Below are positions 11,007 through 25,123 of a stretch of 64,000 nucleotides of DNA, one piece after another (position 1 is the first letter of the stretch; each line of letters starts with the position of its first letter). This DNA comes from Vicugna vicugna. Lineage: Eukaryota. The translations under genes and the position numbers were made by a program. The stretch spans positions 4,240,327 through 4,304,326 of the forward strand of contig MU061579.1 in the NCBI GenBank assembly GCA_013265495.1, written 5' to 3'. The notes beneath the pieces were generated by a model. The model saw only the letters and a program-made list of their open reading frames with translations. It searched no databases and had not been told where the DNA came from.

Positions 11007-14000
11007 AAATAAAACTTTAATGCTGTCTGAAATCCCTGTGTGCTCTAAAAATTTGGAATGTTATAGCATAGAAGGGCTATTTAGCATAGAAGAGCCACAA
11101 GAGATATAATGAAGAGAAATAATAGATTAGCAATTACTATCAAAATAGTGATTTAATTCGGGATTTAGTATTTAATATGTTGGCCTATGCATTGGAGAGT
11201 TTGATAGTTAAAAGTCTGATTCTTTACGATATTGAAGCCTGGAATAAACAATGACCTACAGTGAATGAAGCTAAGATCTTGTGAGTGAAAGAAGTACTTC
11301 ATAAAATTTATGTAGCACTTTTTAAATTTATTAGACTGCCATATACTTACACTTTTGATAGGCATCAAAGGATCTTTTATATATATTTATATGTATTTTT
11401 ATATATATTTAACCTCATGTCAAAAATGTGTTTATCCTTTTGTTGTATTCTTTTCATTAAAATATTGGTTTAATTCTATTTTGTGTTTTTTTAATTATAT
11501 CTCCATATTCTTTACAAGCATATCAGTAACATAGTTGTTGAACAGTCTTAGAATTTATATTCCCTGAAGATCCTTACTTTAAATTTTCCACTAACATGTT
11601 CTAGCACTAACATGTAAGTAGTATAATGAATGCTTTTTTGTGTGATGAGAAAGAACTGGAAATATCAATTCAAACCTTGACACAAACTTTATTGGGGCAA
11701 GTGATTGAGATATCCTTCTTCTCTTTCAGCTTCCATAATTACTCTGTTGTTATTTCTTGGAAATGTGTTTATAAAAATAAGCAAAAAAAGAAGAGTCACT
11801 AAGTTTTTGTTTATTTCTGTTATTTTTTTCAAGGTGAATAGTACCATTAATGAATTATATTCATAGAATTGATTTTCGATCATTTAATCAAAGGTTGATA
11901 ATCTAAAGAAAACCGCTGTTCGAGTCTTATGCAGATAGTTCTCTAAAGAGTTGAGCATATATCTAAACTAATAATACTGCTAAAGTTTATGCATTAACAA
12001 AATAAACTAGCCCCCAATGCCCTCAAACACAGACTAAAACTCTCTACAATGTAAAGTGGCAGTTATTGTTAATAAACTGAGTAATAAAATTTATACCAGG
12101 AAATATTACAAAAAAAATAGGCAGTTCCCTACTACTTAGATTCATTAAACTGAAAGAATATAAGATAAAAGAAAAAAAGTATTGGAAATTAATTAGTGTG
12201 AAATAAAACCAACCTCATTGTGAAGTCACTTTAAAATGATTTAATTAAGAGAAAACCAAGGAACATGCACATTTATGGATCTTCATTATGTTCTGATTTT
12301 AAAAGGGGCCCTGGAGAATTTTCTGGACTCTTGTCTTCCTAGTGCTCAAGTAAGAAGCAAAGGAGAGCTTACAAAAGATCCTTAATTCTGTCAGACAATG
12401 AGAGTATCACAAAACATCACAGAAGTGCTTTCAGGGAAAGTATCATAACTAGTGCCCACCTGTCTACTCCATACGCTCACTAAAGAAGTATGTCAGCAAG
12501 TGTTGACAACCAAAAATTACTACCCCCATTCTTTTAGAAAGGAAGAGAAAGTTATAAATGAGTAACTACTGTAGAAGCAAGGAGGGCAGAGGTAAACAGG
12601 AAGAACTAACACGCCAGAAGTAAGAGATCATGGTTCTAAAGGTAAGATTTGTCTTGTGTCACAGTGCTCTGGATGAGATATTGCTGGAACAGGGATATAT
12701 GGTCCTTGCTGTTGTGGACTAGTGTTTGTCCAGATAGCCTCAATCAGTTAATATTTTGGTCAAATATCTCACATGTCATAGGTGAATATTTTTCATTTCT
12801 TCATTATTTTATTTAATAACTAATAACTGCAGTTCTGTTCTTTGCTAAGTATTACCCTAGGTGTAGGAATAAAACAATGAAAAATTACCTAGCGTCTCTG
12901 ACCTCAGAGAACATAGGTTAAGTAAAATAAAGAATATAGTTTTCTTTAGTAAATATAACAAGTTAACATCAGCCCTGAATTACTGTAAATTATGTCAGGT
13001 ATAATAAGGAATTGTTCATATTCAATGATAACTCGAAAAAGTTGATGTAGATATTTTTCCTGCTGTAAGAATCAAGGCAGTATTCCTGGCTTCTTTCTTT
13101 TCTAAAATTTGATCCAGTTGTCTCCAGCTGATTTATACCACTTTGCTTTTATTATTGACTTTGGCAGTTTGTTACTTATTTCAACAACCCTTTTTTGTAA
13201 TGAAATTTTTAAAATCATTTATAGGCTATGCTTGTACTTAATTTCAAGGCATGAACTTGTGTTTTTAAATGGGTGACTCCTTCAAGCAGCAGATCTGTTT
13301 TTTCTCTTCTTCAGATTTTTTTGCATTTCTGCAAGATCTCACATATTGACCTCCTTTTTTTCTAAGACGTTGGAGGCTTTCAAAGAGTGAAGCTTAAGCA
13401 CGCAATTAAGAGCAATGAAGCACAAAATTGCTCATGCAAGAAATATCATCATTTTCCTTGTGCATCTGAAAATAAGGGATTTATGCTGTCCAATCATGAG
13501 CTAACCAGTAGGATGAGGGCACAGGAGCATGTGCAACCTACTATTACATTTTAACAAATTCAGCGGACAGTTTGGTACTCACAATTACAAACTGATAAAC
13601 ACCCACTTGCTGATATGCCTTTTTCCTTGCTGCACACGCTCTGATTTGTTTTGTACGATGTGGTTTTGGCCCTTTGTCTATCCATATTCTATGTGTCACA
13701 AAGCTTTGTCAAGGGAGATTAATAATACTTTATTACAGACGTTTAGGTTTTCTAAGGTCCAGTTAAAGACAGAGGGCTACAAAGAAAAGAAGTGGGCAAG
13801 AAGCCAGTAAATCATGTTCACTTCCTAGTCTCCTGCAATCTGTTTGAGATCTGCCGGATTCAATAGCTGAACTGGAGTAGAGCCCAGTCTAGACTCTGGT
13901 CCACTAGACCAGGATATTTTCCACATTAAACAGCTGCATCCTAAATTGCTATTCACTGAAACAGGCAATTGAATATATTTTCATCCTCCATACCCAACCT

Positions 14001-15879
14001 TTTCTGTACAGTTTTGTTCTTAGAAGCTTATTGCCACAATTATGGAATATCAGTGTTCACCTTTTGTCCTCTCTGCTTTCAAAAACTTCATTCTGGTTCA
14101 CAGCCAGTTCTATTCCTGACTCCTCCGTAGTTTCTTCTCATGGATTCCACATTTTCTTTTTTCAGTCTTATAACAAATGTGGAATTATGTTCACCATATT
14201 TTTCTCAGCCACAAGGAGACAATTACTGTACTATCTTTCCATTATTAGAGAAGAGATGCTACAGAGTAAAAGGAGCACTGGATAAAAGGAGTTTAAAAAT
14301 TCAGAAAATTGTTTTGGCCTCCATTATTAAATTTCTATCACTTTAAGTAATTATTTTTTCCATCTCTTTAAATATAATTAAGAGAATAATCATAACTCCT
14401 TTAGTCATCAAAAAATAATTGATAGAATTTATTCAATTTGAATAGATACTAAAAGTCAGCTATATAAAGTCTTGTGAACATAGTAAATCAATAAAAGGTT
14501 ATTCATTTTTATGAAGGTAATGCACATGATTAGTCAGTTTGAATTGATTAGTGTAAAATTGATAAAATTCCTTTTCCCTCCCTTTGTTTGCATTGTTTCC
14601 ACACTGTTATCATTGATCCTTCCTCTTCCCCTCCAGCCCAACAAATCTTGCAAGGTCTGTTTCAAATTTCACCTCTTCCATAGAGCTGTCTGAAGAATTC
14701 CAATTAATCTTGACCTTTTCTAAAGCGGACAGTCAGTAAAACTTAATAATACATATTGGTTAATTTTCTAAAATAATTTATCATTTAAAATGCACTTTAT
14801 TGACCATTTCAGAATACTGTTTTGAAATAGTTTTTTTAACTGAAAAATTGTATAGTTGAAAGAGCAGTGCTAGTCTTGAGATGAAAGTTTCTTTCCAGAT
14901 AGGCCAGAAGAACCTTGACCATCTTGGGTAATACCAGTTATTCACTTAAATTATTAACAGGTCTTATTTCATTCACAGAAGGATCTGGATGAAAATGTAT
15001 GTCCATAGCATTTCATATATGACTTATAGTGAAGTGAGTTAATGTCACACAGTGATTACAGCATCAATGGGGAACAGCCACCATTAGTCACTGCATATTT
15101 GCTGTAAACTAGAACTGGACCCTGTAGTGATGGTACAAGGACCAGTTGTTCAAGATGCTCAAGCATCTAGGTTGATAAACGCAGCTCAATTCATATGAGG
15201 CTGTAAGAGCATGCACAAATAAGGGGAAAGATGTGTTTGCTTTTTTGCTTTTAAATATCCCTATATAAAAGGAATATGAAACAGCCTCTGTTAGAGTCAG
15301 TGAAGGGATGGCTGAATAGCTGCAGTGATTTTTGTAAGCATACTCAGTGGGACTAGAGTCTAAATCTCTCCTTCATTGCAAACAGTCTCTTGCATCCTCC
15401 TGTGCTCCTCACCTCATGGCTAGGGGAGTTCCAAGAAACAAAGTTATATAATCCATTTCAGGTGCATTATAGGCAATGGCTGCAAAGTCTCTTGCTAATC
15501 TGTTTATAATGTTTGTGAAGTAGCACTTTTTGTTGTCTGTCTTGATAAATCTTATTTAAAATGACTTCTAAGTGAGTGAGTACACATATGGATGGTTATT
15601 TAATATTTCTCTTTCTTCTCTTGGGTTCTGAAAATCTCAGTATCATAGTTTCTCTGATTTTGAGTGTATTCCATGAATTATGACATTGCACTCTTCCCTT
15701 AATACATGCTCCTTATTTGGTTCTTCTTTTTTTTCCCCCTTTATTCTGATTACTGGGTCTCTGAGACAGTATTTATAGAGAACAAGTAGCTTCAGAGGTA
15801 TCTGCAAGAGTTTTGGTGGTGCAGACAGGTTGTATTTACTTTGGGAAGTCTTACCTGATCTCTCTTGGCTTTGCTTAAG

Positions 15880-16439
15880 TAGCTTTCTCTATCAGTTAAG
15901 ATATTTTCAGCTGGAGAAGAGAGAAAATACAATTATAATTAGTTTTAAAAGAAAAGTTGATAAAAAGAAGTCTTGTGTAAGGCAGAGCCAGCTCAAGAGC
16001 CAGGATCTTTCATCTTTCCTTTCCACTATCCTCAGAATTTTGACTTTCAAACTTGGCTTGATGCCCTGAAGGTTACAACACTGCTGCAGTTCCAGTCATC
16101 ATGTCCTCAAATAAACCGCTTGGCAGAGGAGAAAGTGATAGCCCCCCACCTGTCTTTTTATCAGGAAAAAAAATCCTTCTGCAGGTCCCCAAAAGCACAT
16201 TTCATTTTTGTGTCATTAGTCACAGTTACATCACATGACCACGCCTGAGCCAGTCACTTGCAAAAGGAAAAGCATGGTTATTACAAGCTTTGTCTAATCA
16301 ACATTTTGTCTGGGGGCTGGGAAGGGGACCACTTTCTCTGAGTACCTGGGCCATCAATTCCTAAACAGAAGCCAGCTTCTTATAGCAAGGAATAAGGAGC
16401 TAATGGCTGCTGGGTGGGCTATCTACAGCATCTGCCACA
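15880..16439 (-). mobile_element. Old MLT1 (J/K-like) LTR inserted in an L2 3' end
   Basis: tatcagttaagatattttcagctg...gtcacagttacatcacatgaccac...aacagcatctgccaca-type end; L2-like sequence on both sides. Confidence 0.6.
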
Positions 16440-17412
16440 CCTTCCAGTGTGCTTCTGTAGCATTGCCGCGGTACTTGTCTGTTTCCCGTATGTGACTGTA
16501 CATTTCCACAAGACTGCGGATTGGCTTATCTATCTGCCAAGTCTCATAAACAGTAGGTGATTTCATTAAGTGAACAAACTAATACTGGACGCTACCTTGT
16601 GGTATAAACGGTCAATATGTTCTCAGGATGTATCAAGCTAGAGTGTCTGTGCTGCTCTGTGGGCTACAGGAAATCTACAAGTTCTTTCACTAACAGGCCT
16701 CACAAATCATGGAAGAGTAAGTTAAATTCTAATCTTTCTGTTTTGCTTTTTTTAATTTTTTATTAAATTTCACCATAGTATTTCTACATTGCATGGGTCA
16801 CCTTTAGTACTATATGTAGGACACTTTAAAATACATATACTGGAGAAGGATGTTCTGTTTTGTCATTCCATTGTTCCATAAGCAGGGAAAAGGCTATGTT
16901 TCATTTTTCTTATCATATATTTAGTAGAAGAAACAATATCTACTTACAGCTTACAAAAGAAAGTCTAGTGCAAAAACAAAGTACTAATTAATTTCCATTC
17001 ATGTGATGTTATTATAATGTCTCTGAAAGACAGCTTAAGGCATAGTGAAGGAATAATGTGTTTTTTTTTTTCATTTTGAAACAAATGAACTCATCTTGGA
17101 TTCTAACTTCCAAATTAGTTTTGTAAAATAAAGTTCAGTCTGTAAAAGGAATGCACTATAATTAAGGAAAAGCAGTAGAATATATATATATAGGTCATAT
17201 ACATAGAAAAAATGAAAGATGTAATATTCTAGAGGAAATCATGTTTTAGTTTCCTTTGAGAAATAAAATGGAACTTTTATTCTTACAACCATATAAAAGT
17301 AGCATAGAATTAAAAAATAACATGTGTTTCAGTACCCATAGAAGTTAATTAAATATACTATTTAGATATATAGATATGGATATTATCTTTACAGAGATAT
17401 ATCCTTTACTCA

Positions 17413-17594
17413 AGTAGCATTTCTCAACAGTGGCACGGCTGACATTTGGGGCTGGATAATCCTTCGTTGCAGCATCCCTGGTCTCTGTCCACTAGATGTT
17501 GGTAGCATCAGCCCAGTTGTGACTCTGAAAAATGTCTCCAAACATTTCTAAATATCCCAAGGAGGGCAAATACACCTCTGGTTGAGAACCGCTA
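17413..17594. mobile_element. MER20 (hAT-Charlie MITE) with internal deletion
   Basis: tttctcaac...gacatttggggctggataat...aaaaatgtctccaaacatt...ggttgagaaccgct. Confidence 0.85.
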
Positions 17595-18737
17595 CTATAG
17601 ATTAGCATAATTACAGAACTTTACATTTTAAAATATAACAGGTTAAAAATATATAGGTTTGGTAAGGCTAGTGGTTTTGAATTAGGTGATTGATATTGGA
17701 ACCGTGTGCTATGAGAACTAAAGAAAGACAATGAGTTTGTTTGTAAGAAAATCACCATCCTTATTCTTTGTTCTGCAAGACGACTTATTAGGTCTCTCCC
17801 ACCCGGCCAACTGCAGTAGAAGAAAGAAAGAAAACTCACTAATCCAATAAATATTTAGCAATCCGGGATTCCACATTAATTACCTCACTAAATTTTTTAG
17901 TCAAAAGGCATTTATTTTGTCACCAAAATGATTATCTAGAAGTGAAAAAGTAAACAAAAAATACTGGAATATTAAAACAGAAGAATGTACAAAGCAGTTG
18001 AGAAACTTGGAGAAGTTAAGTAAATTTTCATAAATCGTTCAGGAAGTCTTTTCCATAGGATATGATATTGGAACTGGATTTTAAAAGAGAACAAAATTCC
18101 AGAAGATGAAACAAACTGTAAAATATATGGTTGCACACTTGAGAACTCCAAGTAATTCACAGGACTGGAACAAAGAAATACCAAGAAGAAATGGCCTCTA
18201 ATTTGAAGTAGAGGCCAGGATAGAAAACAAAGCTTCATTGTGAGAGGGTAATTATATTGTGCCAAAATAATTAGGCTCTTTCCCTGTAGATTTTAAATAG
18301 TTCAATGATGTAATTAGAACTGTAATTTAGAAATGCTACCATGTTTGTGTATGAATATTTAAATATGAAACAAAGGACTGAAGACAAGGAAAACCAATAC
18401 AAAATTATGAGAGAAAAGTGAAGGTTCAAAATAAATCAGTGAAGACATAGAACACGAGTAAAACATTCGGATTGTATCAAAGTGTTATAAATGAGACTTT
18501 TTAAAGATAAAGCAAGAAGGAGGCAGATGCAGAGCGTTCAATGACAAAATGACTGCCATGCTTCCCATGCTGCAGGTGCATGAAACAATTAAAATGGAAG
18601 AATGTTCTCTGAATGTGTGACTTGAACTCATTGGCGATTTTGGTGCAAGTAGTTACAGTGGAAAGGTGAGGGCTGAATCAAGATGCCTGAGGATATAGAA
18701 GGAAGAGAAAGATTCAGGAGTGCTTACAGAAGGACAC

Positions 18738-19227
18738 TGTGGGAGGCAGAATAATGGCCTCCCAGAAATGCCCACATTGTAACCCCCAGTGAATGTAAGT
18801 TGCATAGCAAGAGAATTGAGGTCTCAGACAGACTTAAATTAACTAATCAATTGACCTTAAAATAGGTGAGTAGCCTGGACCATTCAGGTGTGCCCAATCT
18901 AAAGATGAGGGTCTTTAAAAGTGAGAGAGGGCTGAAAAAGAGGTTGGAATCTGAGGAAGATGTCACCACAGGAGAATGGTCAGAGAGATGTGACACAGCT
19001 AGCTTCAAAGATGGAGGTAACGTGTCCCAAGCTATGGGATGTGGGTGACCTCTAGAGGCTGGAAAAAGCAAGAGGTTGGACCTGTCCCATCTCCTTGTTT
19101 TACTACTAGATTCAGTGAAACCTGTGTTGGACTTTTACCCTATCCAACTCTAAGATAATAAATTTACATTGTTTTAAGCCATGAAGTTTGTGGTAATTGT
19201 TTATTGCAGCAATGGAAAATTCATGCA
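18738..19227 (+). mobile_element. MLT1D-like solo LTR
   Basis: TGTGGGAGGCAGAATAATGGCCTCC start; aagataataaattt...ttttaagcc...gtttgtggtaattgtttattgcagcaatggaaaattcatgCA end. Confidence 0.85.
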
Positions 19228-19264
19228 GGAATCTTAGCAGGAAGAAACAGTTTTTTCCTTAAGA

Positions 19265-19990
19265 CATTTATTTATTCATTAAAAATATATTTACTGAACT
19301 GTTCTACCAGTTGCAGATATAGTTATGAAGAAAACAGACAAAAATCCCTCTCTACCAGAGAACTTCACATTCCATAAACAAATTTGCATATGTGGTATAT
19401 TAAGTGTTAATTAGGACCACGAGGAAACAAACAAAATAAGTGAATGAGACTAGTCATATTGAGGTTCAAAAGTTGTGATTTTAAGTGAAGTAGTTAAATC
19501 TTCATTAACAACTGAGTATTTGAACAGACCTGAAGTAACAAAGCAAGTCATGTATATGACTGAGGTAAAAACAAACAAGGAATAGGAAAACGCAAGTCCA
19601 GTAGCAAAATCACAGCTGTCTTGAGTCAGTTATGGGTGATGAGCAACAAGGGCGAAAGATTTTACAGATCGCAATACTAATGACTTTGGCAATTATTCTA
19701 ATGCAAAATAAAATCCATTGCAATATTTTAAGTAAAGGACATGGTTTGACTTGCATTTTTTAAAGGATTTCTGGTTAGGGTTTTGAAAACAGATGATCAG
19801 GCGTTAGACTTGAAACAAACCAAGGGGTAAGCATTTTCTGTAATCTGGGAAAGACTTAATGGTGGATTGGATCTAGTTTCTAGGAGTGGTCATGGAAGGA
19901 AGTGCTGGATTTGGGGGAAAAAATTGAATGAAGAGTCTCCTGGACTGGATGTGGTGTTTGAAAAAAATACAGTTGAGGATGAATCTATGG
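19265..19990 (-). mobile_element. LINE-2 (L2a-like) fragment
   Basis: atttatttattcatt...atatttactga...aaaacagacaaaaatccct antisense L2 3' end; continues to ggactggatgtgg. Confidence 0.7.
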
Positions 19991-20099
19991 GACATGTTTA
20001 GTTTAACACCTGTGATAATACTCAGCCTCTAGGAGAAGATGGGGAGACAATGGGAAGAAAACTTACAAATGAAGTAGAAGACTGTGTTAATAATAATCA

Positions 20100-20290
20100 C
20101 AATGAGTTACATTTTGATAACTTTCAAATACAAAACCTCATTTGATAGTTATAAATAACCTCCTGTACTGTTTGGAGTTGTTATCCTCATTTTACAAATG
20201 AAAAATAGTAGAACAAGGGAGGTTAATCGACCTGCTCAAAGCCATCATTATTGAGTGAGAGAGTCAGGTCAGGTTTACTTGGTACCAGAA
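20100..20290 (-). mobile_element. MIR SINE
   Basis: ttatcctcattttacaaatgaaaaa...ggaggttaatcgacctgctcaaagcc. Confidence 0.65.
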
Positions 20291-22534
20291 AACCTCTTTC
20301 ATGTAGCAGTAATTATGCTGAAGAGTTTCTGTGTTGTTACTCTTTGTTTCCTTCTTGCCATTTGGAAAATAAGTATTACACGAAGAGTGAAATTTTAAAA
20401 ATGCTTTTGGGTAAAATTACCTTGAGGCTATCTTCAAGTCTTTGTTTATATAGATAGAATATTGGAGTCACAAGCATTGTAAGAAAATTGAGAAATCATT
20501 ACTGTATGTCCTACTTCAAATAGACATATATTTAAATATTTCCTAACGTGTAAGAATATATTGCTTTTCAACAGGCTCTCATTAGGAAGGAAACATGAGC
20601 CTCACAATGTTTATCAAATTTTTAAGCTGCAAAGTTCCACATGTCATTTAGTAATTGTAAACTGTACATTCTGTTGTCTTGGTGAAATCTGAGATTGGAA
20701 TCTTTGCTATGCAAAGTATTACATTTTGCATGAAAAAGTAAATTTTATTAACATGATGGCATGCTTGGACTGTGTTTGAGATTACTATGATGATGACTTC
20801 AGGGACAAAAATAATAACTCCTCTTACCAAATTTCTACGAAAAGATAAAAATAGAGTCTAGATAATGGAAAAAAAATACAATTTTCTGATGCTTTATTTT
20901 TCTGAGGCACATGGGCATTTAAATGACTTGATTGAAAAGAAAATAGCATAAAAGTAGTAACTAGGATAAGGACAGAGAGAGAAGTCCAAAGTAAGAGACA
21001 ATTTACAGCATAGTTTTGAAAGGATACTCCCAATTTGTAGATCAGGAAAATGTAATCTTAAATTTTAGGGCCATTTTCTTATAGTTTCTTTGCTATTGTG
21101 AGCATTCTTCACTTCTCTTGATAAAAGGACTTATATAAATGGTAGACATTACTTCTTTGTGGTATATTTCATTGCCTGGTGAATTCATTATCACTGTATT
21201 TTCTTGAGATGGAATTTATAAACACAAATAATGAATGACAGAAAAATACTGCTCAGCTCATTAAGGTTGAATTTAGAAAATAACTACTGAAAATGTTTCA
21301 GAAGAGGTTTTAAACTTTAAATAATTTGTAAAGGAAATCTAAGTTTGTTACTTACAAATATAGGTTTAAATGATAGAAAGGTAATCCTTGAATCCAAGAA
21401 AGTAATTGGTATATGCCTCATTTGACTTTTGTGTTAAAATGTCTGCATTTACAAAAGTTTTTTTATACACGTAGATATTAAATGTATTGGTATTTATATA
21501 CAATAGGTATTATGTGTATAGGTACACATATATAATTCTGTGTCTGTGTGTGCATATATATGTAAATTTTTTCTGAAGCCTGTTTGGAATCACTTGACCT
21601 AGGAAGCCTGTGAGTCATGAAGACCATAAACAAACAGAATAACATATCACATCACTCTCAGTGGAGGTTCTAGTATTGAGAATATTTATTGAGGTTTAAG
21701 AAATCTTGGTAGCCTATGGGTAGCTACAAATTTAATGAAAAAGAAACCCCACTTGGTCTTGAATCTCTGTGTGCTAAAGGATACAAATCTGTACAATATG
21801 TTGTTCACATACTGTTTGGTACTTGTTAGTCTTTTTTGTGAACAATATAAATTTGAACTATATGAGGAAATGTTCATTTTCTTTAATGTATGTTTTAAAT
21901 GTACTTCCCAAAGCATTGTACATTTGTCCATCTGTAGTTTTTTTGTTTTGTTTTGTTTTTTAATTTTGAAATTCTTGCTCCGCTGGTTTCAAAGCGGAGT
22001 GAGATGCAGGACCTGCCCTATTAACATAGACTGATCTAATTATAAATATTTTTGACTTTTTTCAAATGTAATTTACCTTAAATTGCAAATGCTATTCTTT
22101 TATATAGGGGCTAATTATTTGCAGCATCTTCACCTGAGCTTGTGAAATATGGGGAAAAAAGCACAGTCTTCCTTAGATAACATATAAAGCAGACACTTGG
22201 CACTGTATAGAGTATATTGCAGAATTAAATAAACTGAAGATTTATCCATGAGAAAATGAATAAGAATAATTGAAACTGAATATATAGGCGTTGAACAAGT
22301 TAACAGCTCATTGTAGACTAGCGGGGGCTAAGAAAAACATGGGAACCAGAAATCTACCTGCAAAATAAAAAACCTCAAAGTTACCAAATGCTTTCAATAA
22401 AAATATTAAAACCATGATTGATAATAATGAGAATAAAACTTTTATATGATTTCCCAGCTTGGACTCTGTGTGTGTACATGTGTTTGCATTTCTATGTGAA
22501 CACAATCTAGACATATACATACATGCATACACAT

Positions 22535-22720
22535 TTTAATTCCTTTAATTTTCACAATCCGATACAATAGGTATTATTATCTGACTTTTACAGGTGAGGA
22601 AAAGTCAAATTTTTTACTTTTTGTGGATGAGTAAAAAACTTTTACAGAGGAGTTACATGATTCAAGTCACACAGCTAATGTGAGAGTTCAAGCTTAAACT
22701 GACTTCCAAGACTGACCATC
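22535..22720 (-). mobile_element. MIR SINE
   Basis: taggtattattatctgactttacaggtgaggaaa...aagtcacacagctaatg. Confidence 0.65.
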
Positions 22721-22953
22721 ATGTGTCTGCAGCAAAAAAGTCATCTTAGAAATCTAGCCCCTTGAAAACGTGGCTACCACATGCTTTCTCTTGAATCAGC
22801 ACATAATATCACAGAAAATAAAGAGAATGAACATACAAGTGTACCAGGGTGTCAGAAAATGCTTCATATAGGAAGTAAGTTTTGAGACTTAAGAAAAGAC
22901 TGGTAACATTTTCTTTGGCTCTGAAGCTGTTTAACAATATGGAACAACATGAA

Positions 22954-22955
22954 TG

Positions 22956-22989
<34 letters not shown>

Positions 22990-22999
22990 TACACACACA
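22954..22999. repeat. (TA)n(CA)n compound microsatellite
   Basis: Directly visible. Confidence 0.95.
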
Positions 23000-23589
23000 A
23001 TAATAGCATAGGTACATCCAGAATATTTGATATATGTGTATAAGTGTGTAAGTATTTGTACTAGATCTTGATTATTACTAGAAAATACTGTATTCAGTTG
23101 CTAGGGCAAGAATTATGAACAGAAATAGTTGCTGAGACTAGAAACATGGCTTGTATTCACACCATAAATAATAATCATAAATTATTCATGTCATAACTTT
23201 ATTTAAAGTAATACACACAAAGAAATTTTTCATCATTAGACTAAATTGTGAGGGATGTATTAGAAATGTTGGTGGAAAATTGTCACCTTATTTGCCAAGA
23301 CAGAAATGATAATAGTTTTATTTCACTCCTATTAAAAAGTGAATATTCATACTTTACACCTCCTTTCTCTTTACTCTTCAAATTTGCCCTCATATCAGGC
23401 CTTCAGACTCAGAAAAGTTGAACAAATTTTACTATTAAAATTTTACAGTTTTACTTAGTTTGAAGGTATCAAAAAGTAATAAATATACCACCCACCATTT
23501 CCTCTTCTTTTCTGTGTCTATCTGAATTTGTATATTAATAATAATGAAAGCAGCTGCTTCACACCAGGAGATTGGGTGTAGGATGTATT

Positions 23590-24350
23590 CAGGGTTCACA
23601 CCGATTTCATTCTAATTATTTGAGGTTTATTGAGACATCCTTTATGCCATAAGGTGAGATCACTTTTCATAAAATATTCTATCTATGCATAAGAAGGAAG
23701 TGTATTCTAGTTTTTAGTGCAATGTTTTATTTATTTCAATTAGATCAAACCTCTTAATTGTTGAAATGCTCTGCTTACTAATTTATCTGTCTGATAGATC
23801 TACCAGTTACTATGGGAAATATGGAAAAATCTCTTAACTTTAGTAACAGACTTGTCAATTTCTCCTTATAGTTTTTTCCTTTAATTTTTTGCTTTGTATA
23901 TTTTGGAGCTACACTATTAGGTGCATACATGTTGAGAATTGTGTCTTCCTGGTTAGCTGAGTTCTTTTATAACTATATAGTGATCCTTTTAATTCCCAAT
24001 AATGTTTTCCTTTGTATGACTTCAGATATTAATATAAACCATTGTCATGTTTCAAAAAATTCCTTCAAAAATATGTATTTATAGTCTTTGATGTTCTACT
24101 TTCTTTTTTAGGCATATTTTATGTAACCAGCATAGATTTAAACCAGTATTATAAATGTTTTCTTGTAACTAGAGAGTTTACTCCATTAACATTTATTTCT
24201 ACTACCATAATACCTGCTTTCTATTTTTCCATTGTTTTGTTCTTGTCATTTTTTAATATTGATTTAGTGTTTTTAAGTTTCTCATCCCATTTCCCCCCCA
24301 CCATACTTGTTTGGAAGTTATATGCCCTATGTTTATCTTGGGATTTAGGT
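23590..24350 (-). mobile_element. Ancient L1 (L1M-type) fragment
   Basis: ttattgagacatcctttatgcc...tttgctttgtatattttggagctacactattaggtgcatac, typical of antisense L1 ORF2 endonuclease region. Confidence 0.65.
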
Positions 24351-24430
24351 AGATACTTTTTTTTTTAAAGATAATTACTTTAATTGTCTAAGTTTTCACT
24401 TACACAACATAATAAAGGCAGACTTATGTG

Positions 24431-25123
24431 ATGGAAAACAGTGTGGAGATTCCTCAAAAGACTAGGAATAGACTTACCATATGACCCAGGAATCCCACTC
24501 CTGAGCTTGTATCCAGAAGGAAATCTACTTCAGGATGACACCTGCACCCCAATGTTCATAGCAGCACTATTTACAATAGCCAAAACATGGAAACAGCCTA
24601 AATGTCCATCAACAGGTGACTGGATAAAGAAGAGGTGGTATATTTATACAATGGAATACTACTCAGCCATAAAAACCGACAACATAATGCCATTTGCAAC
24701 AACATGGATGCTCCTAGAGAATGTCATTCTAAGTGAAGTAAGCCAGAAAGAGAAAGAAAAATACCATATGAGATCACTCATATGTGGAATCTAAAAAACA
24801 AAAACAAAAACAAACAAACAAACAAAAACAAAGCATAAATACAGGACAGAAATAGACTCATGGACAGAGAATACAGACTTGTGGTTACCAGAGGGGTGGA
24901 GGGTGGGAAGGGATAGACTGGGATTTCAAAATTGTAGAATAGATAAACAAGATTACACTGTATAGCACAGGGAAATATACACAAAATGTTATGATAACTC
25001 ACAGAGAAAAAAATGTGACAATGAGTGTGTATATGTCTATGAATGACTGAAAAGTTGTGCTGAACACTGGAATTTGACACAACATTGTAAAATGATTATA
25101 AATCAATAAAAAATGTTAAAAAA
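24431..25123 (+). mobile_element. Young 5'-truncated LINE-1 with perfect 17-bp TSD
   Basis: Open ORF2 C-terminus 24441-24794 (WRFLKRLGIDLPYDPGIPLL...TCTPMFIAALFTIAKTWKQPKCPS); TSD aaaggcagacttatgtg at 24414-24430 and 25124-25140. Confidence 0.97.

Noticed and set aside
16622..16722. Possible exon ending ggaaga|GTAAGT
   Set aside because: Weak acceptor, no recognisable coding frame; such motifs are expected by chance in 64 kb.
24441..24794. 117-aa ORF (and the similar 1351-1536 ORF) as a host gene
   Set aside because: It is the L1 ORF2p C-terminus inside 5'-truncated retrotransposon copies.
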